A stretch of 64,000 bases of DNA from Octopus sinensis (GCF_006345805.1 NC_043004.1:25916001-25980000); one strand, 5' to 3'. Shown: positions 10,909 through 23,855, counted from the stretch's first letter. Notes: a model not told the origin generated them from the sequence alone. Numbers and translations: made by a program.

Positions 10909-13900
10909 GGAAGATGTGTTTGTGTGTGTGTGAGTATGTGTGTGTGTGTGTATGTGTGTGACTAACTATTAGGCAATCCCACGTAAAATCAATATTTTTT
11001 CATCCAATTTCATTCACGCTTGGCAAATACATCACTTATGTTCCACAGATGGTTTCCCCTCTTTAAATTTCTCACTTATGGAGTAATATGAAGTAATAGG
11101 GCTTCAAGAGAAAGGGTCAGAAAAACCTCCATCTCTGATGTACAGTGACTATTGTGGACAAGGAAGATAACTCTTTGCGCAGTAACATTCAGAAATTGAT
11201 TAACTCGTTTACATTTGTATCCACCCCCGCTACACTTTTTTGTTTGACAATCGGTGGGTCGTACCCCTCAATAAGATGCTCTGCAAAACATTTCATGCAC
11301 AAATCAACGTAGAATTCTGTAATTCTGTCAAATCCATACGTTACATATGCAAGTACATTACCAAAGGATCAGACAGAGCCATTTTTCAAATAAAATCTAC
11401 ACGATCAGCAGATTTTACAAATGATGAAGTGATTCTTTTTGAAACTGGACAATGAAGCCATATGCAGAACCTTAGGATTCCCAATTTATGAACGATATCC
11501 TCCTGTGATTCATCTCATCACTCATTTGGAAAATAGGTAGCGAATTTACTTCACAACCTCATTCAAGAAGCAGCTACCCCGCCAAAGACCACTCTCACAG
11601 CCTTCTTTCACCTATGCAAAGTCAACTCCTTCGCAAAGTCTATTTTGTACGCTGAAGTGCCACATTATTATACATAGAATCTATCATCGTCCCAGTGGCA
11701 ACAACAAAAATAAGGCTGGCCTACGCAGTTGGATCCAGCCATGTAGAAAGGCGACGCAATCGGACTTGCCTACACAGTTCACCCCTTGAACTCCGAATGC
11801 TTCCATTTGCAGCTCTTACCTTATGTCATTAAGGGACCGACCTCCTTCAACGACCTTCACACAGTGGACGGCCACTAATGCAGCATTTTCAAAGATTTCT
11901 ACTCCAAACAGGGACGTTTGGATATAGATGATCAATATGATAATGCACTCGAAGAGGCCTCTCCGTGTCGTTCTCCGCACAAGGTCCGACATCTTTTGGC
12001 AATAATGCTGGTTTTCTGCAACCTGACAGACACATTCACTTCGGAATAAATACAAAAACTCAATGTGCCATGACACTTTGCTGCAGACTCGCCAAATCAT
12101 AGGTAGCGTTGACACTCCCACTACCCCTGCCATTTACAACAGAGGCTTTCTTCTCTTGGAAGACTTGGTTATAGCAATTGGAGGTCAACTATTGAATGCT
12201 TATTCTCTCAACAATCCAGACAGAAATGAAGACACCTGTCCTAATCGCCTCATTCTCAGAGAAACATCCTACAACATCCATAAACTTGTAACGAGCTTAG
12301 TGTGAGTGAATATCTTCTCTTGTACTTTCGGGGTACAAGAAAGCAATCACTAGCCGTTGCTTTAATAATCCAGAATTCTACCAGTCAGAAACAACAAGAC
12401 GCAGACGTAAAATATATATATACTACTTTATTCTCTTTCTTGGTAACAATAACAATAAGTGGTTATCTGATGTCCTTGGTTCGGGGCGCGCAAGGCTGAA
12501 AGTTAATCGATTGTAATATTTACAATATTCAGCCGCTAAAACCAGAACGGGTTCAAGATGGCGTCGAACAGGGAAGTTGAATGTGGTCGGCAACAATTGG
12601 TTAAAGGCATTCGGCCGACTGCTGCTAGAATCAAGTCCTGACGGAGAGAGAATATACGTGACCGTTGCCTTCGATAGCCATGTCTCAAAGTCACCGCTTG
12701 CTGCTGCTAGTGGTCAAACGTTCTACGATCCCCCTGCCTTGGCCAGGGTCGTGCTTCCGGTGGTTCGCGCATGCGCGAGAGGGCCCTTCCTTTCTGTGCC
12801 TTGGTGAAGGCACCAACACTCGCACGCGCGAGATAGAAAATGGACGGTGCGCGCGCGCGCCGCTATATAGCGTCACTACAAACTCAAACAGTACATTGCT
12901 GACAACCAGTCCCTTCTGAATTATGATCAAGCTGACATATACAATTTTGTTCTCGCAGACATCTACACACACACACTGGTGGAATCATCTTCTTAGATGC
13001 ACCCGGTGGAACTGGAAAAACGTTCCTCCTGAATCTTCTTCTTGCGAAGTTGTGGCATAATTGTGACCTTGCTATTGCTGTTGCCTCCTCAGGAATAGCC
13101 TCAACTCATCTTGACGGTGGATGAACATCACACGCTACCTTCAAATTGCCTTTCAATGTAGCACATCAAGGAAACCCAGCGTTCCACATAATGCATTCCT
13201 CGGATGAAGCGACAATTTTGAAGAAGTGCAAAGTCATTGTTTGGGATGACGCACCTATATCCCATAAATGTTCCCTACAAGCACTTGACATCACAATGAG
13301 AGATCTTGAATCGAACAACAACATCCTTGGATGGGCAACTCTACTTCTTGCCGGAGATTTTCGACAAACTCTGTCTATTATACCCGCTGATGAACTTAAT
13401 GCCTGCCTTAAAAAATCCCTCCTTTGGTCGCATATCCTATCAAAACAACTCATCATCAACATGAGATCATTCATACAGACTGGTCAGCCTATAACCCAGT
13501 TTTCAGAAATGCTCCTTAAAATCGGCAATGGATAAATTACGTCCGACAACAATGGATACATTGACACTACCACCATTGACACTACCACCATTGACACTAC
13601 CACCAGCCCTGATGACCTATGTTCTGCTGTTTACTCAAATATTACAACACAATACATAAAACCAGATTGGCTTTGTGATAGGGCTGTTCTTACACCTACA
13701 AATGTAGCTGTAAACACTCTTAACTACGACTTACTCAGTCAGCTACATTCTCAAGAACGTTGTTACAGATCAGTTGACACCATTACCAACCCCGATCAGG
13801 TTACACACTTTCCAACAGAATTTCTCAACTCCTAAGATCCTCCAGCACCCCTTCTCCATAAACTTCACTTAAAAGTTGGTTGCTCTGTTATCCTCCTACG

Positions 13901-14887
13901 CAATCTAAACTCACCCACATTATGTAATGGAGCTTGCCTTGTGGTCAAACAAATGATGGACCATGTCTTTGAAGCCCAAATTATCACAGAACACGATAAA
14001 AACGATACTGTTTTCATTCTGAAAATTCCACTAAAACCAACAGACTGCTCCTACCCTATGCAGAGACTTCAGTTCCCTCTCAAATTCAGTTTCGCCATGA
14101 CAATTAATAAAACACAAGGTCAGTCACTGAAAGTTGTCGGACTGGACCTTCGAACATCATGCTTTTCACATGGACAGTTCTACGTCGGTTGTTCCATAGT
14201 TGACCATCCAGACAACTTATTCATCTATGCTCCTGAAGGAAAAACCAAAACTTTCGTCTACAAAGCAACCCTACAGTATTTATTCCTCTATTGCAATCTT
14301 CACATCTACGCCAAACTGTAGCCGTTAGCAATCAGACTTCCTGCAAGAATTTCATTGATATTTTGCTTCATTTCTTCATTTGCTTCATTGCTGTTAAGAG
14401 TACATTACCTTCAATGACCCTTCTTACTTCATGCACACTGTTTGCTAATAAGCATGTTCTAGCATTTATTTTTGTACATTCCATTTTTCTATTTGTGTGT
14501 TTGCTATAAATGTTTGCTTTTCTTTATTATACATGACTTTCATTGAAAAAAAGCTTCAACGCGGTTGTCAGGTATTACGAGAAAAATAGGTACATGATAC
14601 AAAACGCTTCAAGTAAGATATAGAGTTCCTAATACCTACTGCAATTGCAATCTTATTTCATGGACTTTCATTTGTCACTAACTGCCAAATTTGTATTCAG
14701 AAAAAATTATTCATTACCTAAGTTGCTTAATACCATATCATAAACTGCTAACGAAAATGGTAATTATACATTTTGCACATATCAACTTGAAACGACTTCT
14801 AACTGCGGACTAATTCAACTGAAACCGTCCACAGGTGTGTACCGTTATAATAAATTACACTGTCCAAAGGACGAGTGCATTTGCTAG
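10890..14887 (+). mobile_element. Helitron with a decayed Rep/PIF1-helicase gene
   Basis: Rep: DNRWVVPLN...INVEFCNSVKSIRYICKYITKGSDRA; helicase: FLDAPGGTGKT, VASSGIA, IVWDDAP, LLAGDFRQTL, QFPLKFSFAMTINKTQGQSL, FSHGQFYVGCS; 3' hairpin cactgtcc-aaa-ggacgagtg then CTAG|T at 14884-14887; 5' end lost in (TA)n. Confidence 0.95.
12287..12880 (-). mobile_element. solo LTR (594 bp, TG...CA) with a 4-bp target-site duplication, inserted in the Helitron
   Basis: aact|TGTAACG...CACTACA|aact; removing it restores the Helitron frame (cat aaa ctc aaa cag tac = HKLKQY); AATAAA on the minus strand near 12430 suggests that orientation. Confidence 0.85.
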
Positions 14888-14888
14888 T

Positions 14889-14943
<55 letters not shown>

Positions 14944-15360
14944 TTTAAGAGACAGAATCACCCTCAAGCAACTCAATCATCATTGAATGACATTATCCAC
15001 AATATGTACATAGAGGACTAAATATTAAAATTATCAAAATTAATACTTACGATTCTTATTCCAAATTATCAAAATTAATACCTTCAATTCTTATTACAAA
15101 TCATATACTTTACATTATCTAGACTACACACGTTTCATCACAACATAATATTCCTCGATATTGCTGAAATAGAATGTCTCTATACAATACCATATTAAAA
15201 CGATTATATTGTCAATCTTCAGGTCTATCTTATATGAACTTCTTTTGCTATTTACATCGTATATTAAGACATGACAAACTAAAATCATATAACTAGCAGA
15301 AATGTGGAATAAAAGTAGGACTCGAAAATAACTTCCCTAATATTAATATTATATATATAT

Positions 15361-15396
<36 letters not shown>

Positions 15397-16827
15397 CATA
15401 CATACATACATACATATATACATATACACTTATACACACATACTCATGCACACCCTATCCCATGCGTATATGTACACAAACAAATATACACTTCAGCTTA
15501 TATCCATTCACATACATTGATAAACATGCATATATATCTACTCTTACACACACACAAAAATATACATACATAAACACATACATGTAACCATTCACACACA
15601 CGTACATAGGCATGATCATACCTCTGTACGCATACTCATTCATACATGCACACATATACACATGCACATACACACATGTACACATGCACATATATACTCC
15701 CACAAATACATGCCATACACATAGATTCATATACTTAGACATGCACATACATTCACACATATATACATAACCACCACACATGCAGTTATAATCACACACA
15801 CAGTTATAATCATACACATACATATATATGTGCATGCACATGTACACATGTACAGGCACCTGTGAAGATATAAAGCAGTGGTTTTCAACCAGTGTTCCGT
15901 GGAACCTTAGAGTTCCACCAGTACAGTCCAGGGGTTCCGCAAGAAGTTACAAAACTGCCAAAATCGGAAGTAATTTTTAATTCTCCTGTGCAGGTATGTG
16001 TGCATAAGACTATTAAATTTATTGCACAGGGGTTCCTCGAGCCAGTGGAATGTTTCCTTGGGGTTCTGCTCCAGCAAAAATGTTGAAAAGCACTGATATA
16101 AAGAGTAAAACTATACCATAATGCAAGGTATGAATGTCAAATGGAGTTTGAATAATGGAGATGATGGTAGTGGTAGTGATGGTGGTAGTGGTGGTAATAG
16201 TGGTGGTGGTGGTGTCGGCATGTGATGGTGGTGTGGTGATGTCGGTGTTTGGTGGTGGTGTGGTGGCAGTAGTGGTATCAGTAGGTAATAGTGTTGTTGT
16301 TGATAGTGGTGTTGGTGGTGGTAAAAGGGCTGATGGTAACGTGGCCCAGCGATAGTGGTGTTGATGGTTAATAATGGTTAGTGGTGGTTGCAGTGATGTT
16401 GGAAATAGCTGTCTTAGCAGCAATGTTCATGTTGTAGGTGTTCATGATAGTAGCAGTAGTGATTGTGGTGGGTAGGGTAAGGTGGGACGAGCAGTAGAAT
16501 GAAGCACATGGCAAGGTAAGTTAAGTAGCATGATAGAGTGGTGGGGGAAGCAGGAATGGAAAATGGTGATGAATGAGAAAAAGGTGAGGTGAAGGAGAGG
16601 GAGATAGAGAGAAAGAAAGGGCAGGAGGGAGAGAGAGAGAGAGAGAGGGGGTGCATATTTAAGGAGCAGGCAGAGGAATATTGAATAAAAAGAAGTTGTA
16701 AATAAAGAAAAAAGAAGAAAAACCAGAGAAAATGTGAAAGAAAACGTAAGAGATCTAAACAGGGTGATATACACACACTAACACACACACACATACATAT
16801 ACACACACGCACACACACGTATATGTG

Positions 16828-16862
<35 letters not shown>

Positions 16863-16894
16863 ACATATCTATCTATTTATATATATATGTATGC

Positions 16895-16931
<37 letters not shown>

Positions 16932-17530
16932 AGATAGATAGATAGATATATATATATAATAAAACAATACTGGGAGGATAAGAAACGGAACGAAGCGAAG
17001 AATCGAACGAACCCGACGCGAAGCGCTGTCATACAATAGTGTAATAAATAAAATATATGTATACATACAAACATATATGTACGTACCTACATCTACATGT
17101 ATATATACATGCATATATAAATATATATACGTAAATACAGGACACCACAAAAAGACGTAGAACTCAACAGAAACGAAAACGGAAAAGCCATTTTTTTACA
17201 ACAGAAAGACAGAGACGTGGAACAGGACGAGAACGAAAACGGGAAAAATATTATTTACAACAGAAAAAAGGTACAGGACAAGCTACACAAGGAAATTCCC
17301 CAATTATCAGCTGTCGCAAGTAGACTTAAGCGTGCTTCGAAGGCAAGACAGGACACGACTCGTTAATACTAGGCCGTCCTGCGAGAGAATTAAAATAAAA
17401 TAACCTCGCAGAGGGGTAAAACGAGCAATATATATATATATATATTGATAGAAATGGCAAGACAATAAAAGAATAAAAGAATCTTCGATATTATGCAGAG
17501 GCATTTTTGTGACAATTATTCGGTAGCCAT

Positions 17531-17591
17531 GATAAAACTCCGAGTTTCGGATGTCGGGGCAGAAACCCATGCCGGCATCTCTTCAGTTATC
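17531..17591 (-). ncRNA. type I hammerhead ribozyme (one extra C before GAAA)
   Basis: Minus strand: GATAA-CTGAAGA-GATG...CATC c-GAAAC tcgga GTT^TTATC. Confidence 0.7.
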
Positions 17592-18023
17592 GAGCCATCG
17601 AAAAAGAAAATGACCGTTAAAACAAAGGGAAATTACTGTGTGATTGACCGTTATATATATATTTCTAAATTCGGTATGTGGTAAGGCAATTCGTTGCTAA
17701 ACCCTTTATTGCTTAGTATTACTTAAATTTTCCTCGAATGAGGCTTTTACATGCCGAAGACTACTTGGTGTAATTGATAATTATTCCAAATTAATTAATT
17801 TCACCCTTCATTATTACGGATAACCATATTTTATCTCAGTAGATGACCACAGCATCTTGTTTTGGCTACACGCGGGTGGGAAGGGGCTGGTGACACAATC
17901 TTTTCATTCACACATTGAATTTGGTGATACTAGTTGCGGATTCTAGCTCGCTCTGATACTGAGTTGAGTTGGTGCCTTCTAGTATCTCAAAATTCAATAT
18001 ATAATCATTTATGATTATAGTAT

Positions 18024-18123
18024 TCTACACTGAGGAGGAAAGAAGTTTTGGTAAGGTAGAATTATTTAATATTTAATTCTTATGCTTTCCTAAAAACTTG
18101 ATTTCGAAACGTGCGTCCGTAGA
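18024..18123 (+). ncRNA. type I hammerhead ribozyme, copy 1 (A-C mismatch at the first pair of stem I)
   Basis: TCTACa-CTGAGGA-GGAA...TTTC-GAAAC gtgc GTC^cGTAGA; cleavage predicted after 18117. Confidence 0.85.
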
Positions 18124-18612
18124 TAACTTAAAATTGTATGATAGATTGCCGTCAATTCATTCTCTCTTACCTGTTGTGTCTGCCTTCCAATGCTGTTTTT
18201 ACTGAGATCTCCCTTTTTAGTAGAAGAAATAGCTATAACTCTTTGACTGCTATTTCTAAATTCGGTATGTGGTAAGGCAATTCGTTGCTAAACCCTTTAT
18301 TGCTTAGTATTACTTAAATTTTCCTCGAATGAGGCTTTTACATGCCGAAGACTACTTGGTGTATTGATAATTATTCCAAATTAATTAATTTCACCCTTCA
18401 TTATTACGGATAACCATTTTTATCTCAGTAGATGACCACAGCATCTTGTTTTGGCTACACGCGGGTGGGAAGGGGCTGGTGACACAATCTTTTCATTCAC
18501 ACATTGAATTTGGTGATACTAGTTGCGGATTCTAGCTCACTCTGATACTGAGTTGAGTTGGTGCCTTCTAGTATCTCAAAATTCAATATATAATCATTTA
18601 TGATTATAGTAT

Positions 18613-18712
18613 TCTACGCTGAGGAGAAAAGAAGTTTTGGTAAGGTAGAATTATTTAATATTTAATTCTTATGCTTTCCTAAAAACTTGATTTCGAAACG
18701 TGCGTCCGTAGA
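18613..18712 (+). ncRNA. type I hammerhead ribozyme, copy 2 (intact)
   Basis: TCTACG-CTGAGGA-GAAA...TTTC-GAAAC gtgc GTC^CGTAGA; perfect core and 6-bp stem I; extended stem II; cleavage predicted after 18706. Confidence 0.92.
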
Positions 18713-18928
18713 TAACTTAAAATTGTATGATAGATTGCCGTCAATTCATTCTCTCTTACCTGTTTGTGTCTGCCTTCCAATTGCTGTTTTTACTGAGATC
18801 TCCCTTTTTAGTAGAAGAAATAGCTATGACTCTTTGACTGCTATTTCTAATTCGGTATGTGGTAAGGCAATTCGTTGCTAAACCCTTTATTGCTAGTATA
18901 TATATATATATAATATATATATATATAT

Positions 18929-18972
<44 letters not shown>

Positions 18973-19053
18973 TATATAAATATTAGGGAATAAATCCAAA
19001 TTTACAGGGAAAAAATCAGATTTAGGATTAAATCCAATTTTATAGTAAAATAT

Positions 19054-19123
19054 TATATAATATTAATTAGAGACAAAACCACTATTTTGCAAATATTTTG
19101 CAAAATAGTGGTTTTGTCTCTAA

Positions 19124-19136
<13 letters not shown>
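19054..19136. repeat. perfect inverted repeat (40-bp arms, 3-nt loop)
   Basis: tatataatattaattagagacaaaaccactattttgcaaa-tat-tttgcaaaatagtggttttgtctctaattaatattatata. Confidence 0.95.
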
Positions 19137-19197
<61 letters not shown>

Positions 19198-19794
19198 GCG
19201 TGTCTGTGTGTGTGTGTGCGTGTGTGAGAAAATGAACGAAATAGGAAAGAAATTGATTTACAGACGTTATTTATTTAAACACTTTCAAATCCTTGTAGAA
19301 AAATACCTGCCTACCACTGATTCCATATCCAATCAATTTATTTACATGTATTTATAAATATATGGTAATAATGGCTTTCTAAGGAATGCTTGCATTCAAG
19401 AAAACACACACATCTGAGTTTGTCGTAGATTAGCCTACACGTTGTAATGTAACTTCCTTTTGGAAATTCTCCCAGAAGAAATACCCAACTTGACTGGTTT
19501 CAAATATGGGAATTTTAATTTTATTTCAGTAATTGAATTGATTAGGTATGGAAACAGCTGCGAGCAGGAATTTCTCTTCAAAAATTTGAATGTCGTTAAA
19601 TAAATAACGCCTGTATGTCATTTTTGTCTATTTTCTTCATTTTCTCATTCATAATGTATTTAATACCTATGAGTTTCAATGTATGCTGGAATAAACCGGA
19701 TAACCAGGATGCTTGCATCACTTAAAGGGCTTTCATTCCTTGACTAAATAATACACACACACACACACACACACCACACACACACACACACACA

Positions 19795-19886
19795 CTAGCA
19801 ATGCATCCCGGCATTGCCTGGGTGTTATGACCTACAAGCACATTGTATTATTTGCTCCTTTCTTATGGACAGAATCAACACAGTTG

Positions 19887-19926
<40 letters not shown>

Positions 19927-21512
19927 CTAATGGAATAATGGAAGTTATTTTTTGTTTAATAGTGAAGGGCGAGGGTACAATTTGCATGGGTTTGCAAGAA
20001 AGTGCTTTCTGTTCTTAAGAAGAATCAGGAACTATGTATTGTTTCATCGTATAAAAGCGGGATGGGGTAATACGATTTTGTCTAGAAATCACGTTTTCAA
20101 AAATTTTAATTTCCCTTTATCCTCACCGCAATTTCTTAATTTGTAACTTTTTCATTTTTTTCTTTTTGTGTCTACGTAGAAAAATAGAGAGATTACGAAT
20201 CTGGGAAATATATATATACATATTTTTATAGTTTAATTTCTCTTAAAGAAACACTCAATGCCCCTTCCCCACCTCGCCCACCCATCACCTACCTCATTTC
20301 AAAAAGCTAAAATCTCCCATTCTTTCACTTTTGTTTGATGTTTCCCACATGCATAGAATTCTACTGAAATAGTGGACTTAAAAAATATTTGACCACCACC
20401 AGAAAACCCAACATGCTAGAAGCAACAGGTAAACGACATTATTTCTGAAGAAACTTCCCTGCTTTCCAAAAAGCTAAAAGTGAAACATTGGGAGTGTGTA
20501 GCTTTTCGAAAGTGGTGAGAGGATGGGTAAAATTCTTAAAGATTCGTACTCTCTGTTTTTTCTCCATGGATTACCAAGAATAAAAAATTTGAAAAAAGTA
20601 AAAAATGAATTCGGTGTGGAGAGGGAGAAAAGAAATTATTGAGAACGTATTTTGTGGGTGAAATCGTAATCTCCTGTATCACATACAAAGGAATCGGAAG
20701 AAATTTGGGGAAAAGAAAAAAATAGGTGGCGGGAATGTCAACTCGGACATGCTAGAAAGAAGAGGTAAAGGACAGAATTTCTGGGAAACCTTCCTTTTAA
20801 GTTTATATTGAAGATCAGGTTTTTAAGTATGCTCATCACAAGCACAAATTACACAATAGAAAAAGATCATTTCAATTGGGTTTGAGCTGTAAATATGCAC
20901 GTGCACACTGCAAGAATTAACATAATTTGCACAGAAGTTTTACTTAGAGTGTGTGTATACATGTGTGTGTGTGCATGTGTGTGTGTGTGTGTGAAAGGAA
21001 GTTATTTTATGGCATTCTTTCATTTGAAGAAGCAAAGTTGTCAAGTCGACATATATGAGATCATATGATTGTTTGTTAATTTCCGTAAAATTGTTTTAAT
21101 TTCTGTATGCTTTGAAGAGAGCAGAAATTGAAAGAGAGAATAAAATGAAAAGGCGACATTTGCTTTGAAGTGAGAGGAGAAAGTGTAAGATGTCAGTGTA
21201 TATGAAATGGACGTGTGTGTGTGTGAAGAGAGAGAAAGAGAAAAAGAGAGTGAGTGATGGTGTGTGTGGTGATGTATGAATTATTTTGCATGTATGTGCA
21301 AGTGGTACTCACTTGCTCCCTCTCTCTGTCTCTCTCTCTCACACATGCACATTATCTTTCATATAGACATACATAAATAGGCAGAGGTAAAGAATACGCA
21401 CACCACCCGTTTTCAGTATAACCCTAACCCTAAACACCGGGAGTGCGTATTCTTGACCTTCGCCCATAAATACATATGCATACATCTTTTGTGTGTGTGT
21501 ATGTGTGTATGC

Positions 21513-21550
<38 letters not shown>

Positions 21551-21586
21551 TATAGAGAGAGGTTGTATTTCCCCATAACATATAGA
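19795..21586 (-). mobile_element. non-autonomous Helitron-like element
   Basis: Minus-strand 3' end cccaggcaatgccggg...CTAG|t at 19795; possible 5' TC near 21586; no coding capacity; far boundary uncertain. Confidence 0.55.
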
Positions 21587-22104
21587 AAAATGGATGTGTT
21601 TTAATGTAATTTTCTTGGTTGTGGCTTATTTTAGTACAATATTTATGTGTACATTTTCATAAATGTTTGTCTGAGTAGAATTCTATGCATGTGTGAAACA
21701 TCGGACGAACGTGATAATTAGAAGTAAATCAAAATATTGTCTGAAAAATGACCTCAAAATTGTGCGACTCACCTAGTTGCCGAGGTTATTTTAGTTGTAA
21801 AAAAAGAGTTGTTGAATCAAAAATATAGTTTATTTGGCAGATAGATAATAAGCAGCTTTCTTTATTATAATACACATGCGACCAATTCGGACAAACATTA
21901 CTTTCTTTATTCACACATCGTCACTCTCGTAATGCAACACTTAGTAATTTTGGTTCAAATTGAAAGTGTGAAACTATTATCATTTTCTAATGGAACCTGG
22001 TCGTTGTAGAGAAGTGTATTTGAAATAACTATAGCTGGTTATTGAGATAACGTAGTAAATGAAAATAAAGTTTATTTGACATGTATTATTGATTTGATTG
22101 TTCT

Positions 22105-22307
22105 GGAAGGCGGCGAACTGGCAGAATCGTTAGCTTTGCGCTATTTCGTCTGTCTTTATGTTCTGAGTTCAAATGCCGCCGGGTTCAACTTTGCCTTTCA
22201 TCCTTTCGGAGTCGATTAAATTAAGTACCAGGGAGATACTGGGGCGATGTAATCGACTGGTCCCCTCCTCTGAAGTTTCAGGCTTTGTGTCTATAGTAGA
22301 AAGGATC
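22105..22307 (+). mobile_element. tRNA-derived SINE, family B, with a 10-bp TSD
   Basis: ggcggcgaactggcagaatcgttag...gagttcaaat...gcctttcatcctttcggagtcg; TSD tgattgttct at 22095-22104 and 22308-22317. Confidence 0.85.
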
Positions 22308-23559
22308 TGATTGTTCTTGTCATCAGTTGATAAGACTAGAAGTCATTTGACAACACCCTTCTGTTTGTAATTGGCTATCCTGTTGCATGTTCAATCCGAG
22401 AAATATTGAAATAATACCCATCTTGTCCATTTTACAGAATAAGAGTATACTGGAGAGCATCATAAGAGGGATGAGTCTGTGAAAACACGTTTAAGGTTGT
22501 TATCTTGAACACGAATGAAAATATCATGATTTTCAATGAGATCACCAACCATAAGGATGGCTACTTCATTAGGTGTGGGCTCATTAAAACAGCGTAAAAT
22601 GTTCTTTACTATAGTGTACTATAGACGTAAACGAATGCAAAAACACACACGCACTCATAGAATTGATAATATTGAAAACAGCAAAACGTACACACGAAGT
22701 TCAAGTGAAACGAAATGTAGTCAATATAGGTGCAATACATACTTTCTGTAGCATAGTTATGCTATAAAAAATGGAAAGTCACCAATTTAGCAAAAGTTAG
22801 TATGCGTCACCAATGTAAGAAAGTACAGAAAGTCAACATTTATTTGGAATATGTACTAAATGTTATAAAACGGTGAAGAAAGTGAAAGTCCAAGAAAATT
22901 CAAAAGGCATAATTCAATTCATACAAAAATAACTTATTTTGCAATTTTGAAACGAACGCTGAACCAAGTGTATAAAAAGGAAGATGCTGTTGTTGTGAAT
23001 ATTTGCTGAAGGATGTATGTAGCAAGATATAAATTAATTTGAAATTACTATATATTTTTGAACTGTGTAACGCAGTAAAAAGGTTGTGTGGCGTTGATGC
23101 AGTGATGAAGAATACAAGGACTGTTAAAACTGGTTAGAAGGAAAGGAATAACATTTCTGTAATTATACTACAAGAGCCGCTGAGGCTTTCTACTTCACCA
23201 AGTTTCTGAATTTGTTATAATAACCAGAATAATATTTTTTTTTTCAAATATATTTGCGAGTATTGTGAGTGGTGTTAAATCAGTCAAATCATCATGTTGG
23301 TAGTACTTCAAAATGAACGTTGTTGTTTGTTTGAAGTCCAGGCCGCAAGTAAACTTTAAATATCAGCGCGTTTCACTGTTGGGGGGAGTTACATACATAA
23401 ACTACATTAACGCACACCTGAAGCCTATTTTTGTCCCTGTGTGTGTCTGTCTTTGTCTTTAGATGTGTGTGTGTGTGTGTGTGTGTGTCAGTCGTCACAA
23501 AAATGTATGTATAGTGACAGACACATACACCATCACACTCAAACTTGTCAGCTATCGAC

Positions 23560-23660
23560 CTAACGTAGGGAACGAACGTACGAACACACTCACATAGAAA
23601 ATGTGACGTCATCGTCGTTGTAGTGGTGATATAAAATGTCGTTTACGATAGGTAACTAAA
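23560..23660 (+). promoter_or_regulatory. candidate promoter / first exon (CpG-rich, CRE site)
   Basis: TGACGTCA at 23604-23611; TATAAAA at 23630; aaaATGTCGTTTACGATAG|gtaact; locally many CpGs. Confidence 0.3.
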
Positions 23661-23855
23661 AGAAAAATTATAATGTCAGATTTTTGCAATGCAAATATTT
23701 GAATGAAAAAAGTTTAATTGGTAGTCAAAAGCTCACTGAATCTTTTGATACCCCTTACGCAAAAATCAGCAACTCGGTTTTGGAATGTATAAGGAACATA
23801 CGCGTGAGCGCGCGCGCGCACACGCGCACACACACACACAAACTCTCTTTTATAG

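Larger units (their letters stand above)
17661..18894 (+). mobile_element. tandem array of a 591-bp HHR-bearing unit (2 full copies plus about 52 bp); retrozyme-like or PLE pseudo-LTR array
   Basis: Unit start atttctaa(a)ttcggtatgtggtaagg at 17661, 18252 and 18843; copies differ by a handful of substitutions and 1-bp indels; flanked by (TA)n. Confidence 0.9.

Noticed and set aside
14990-15340. Possible decayed PLE RT (IECLYTIP); similar faint traces at 4500-4720 and 40720-41460
   Set aside because: Too degraded to assign by eye with useful confidence
16019-16423. Thr/Pro-rich mucin-like ORF
   Set aside because: It is a (GGT/GAT)n trinucleotide-rich low-complexity tract
17295-17345. Minus-strand CTGATAA motif with flanking stems
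   Set aside because: The core is broken (G8 missing) and there is no correctly placed GAAA
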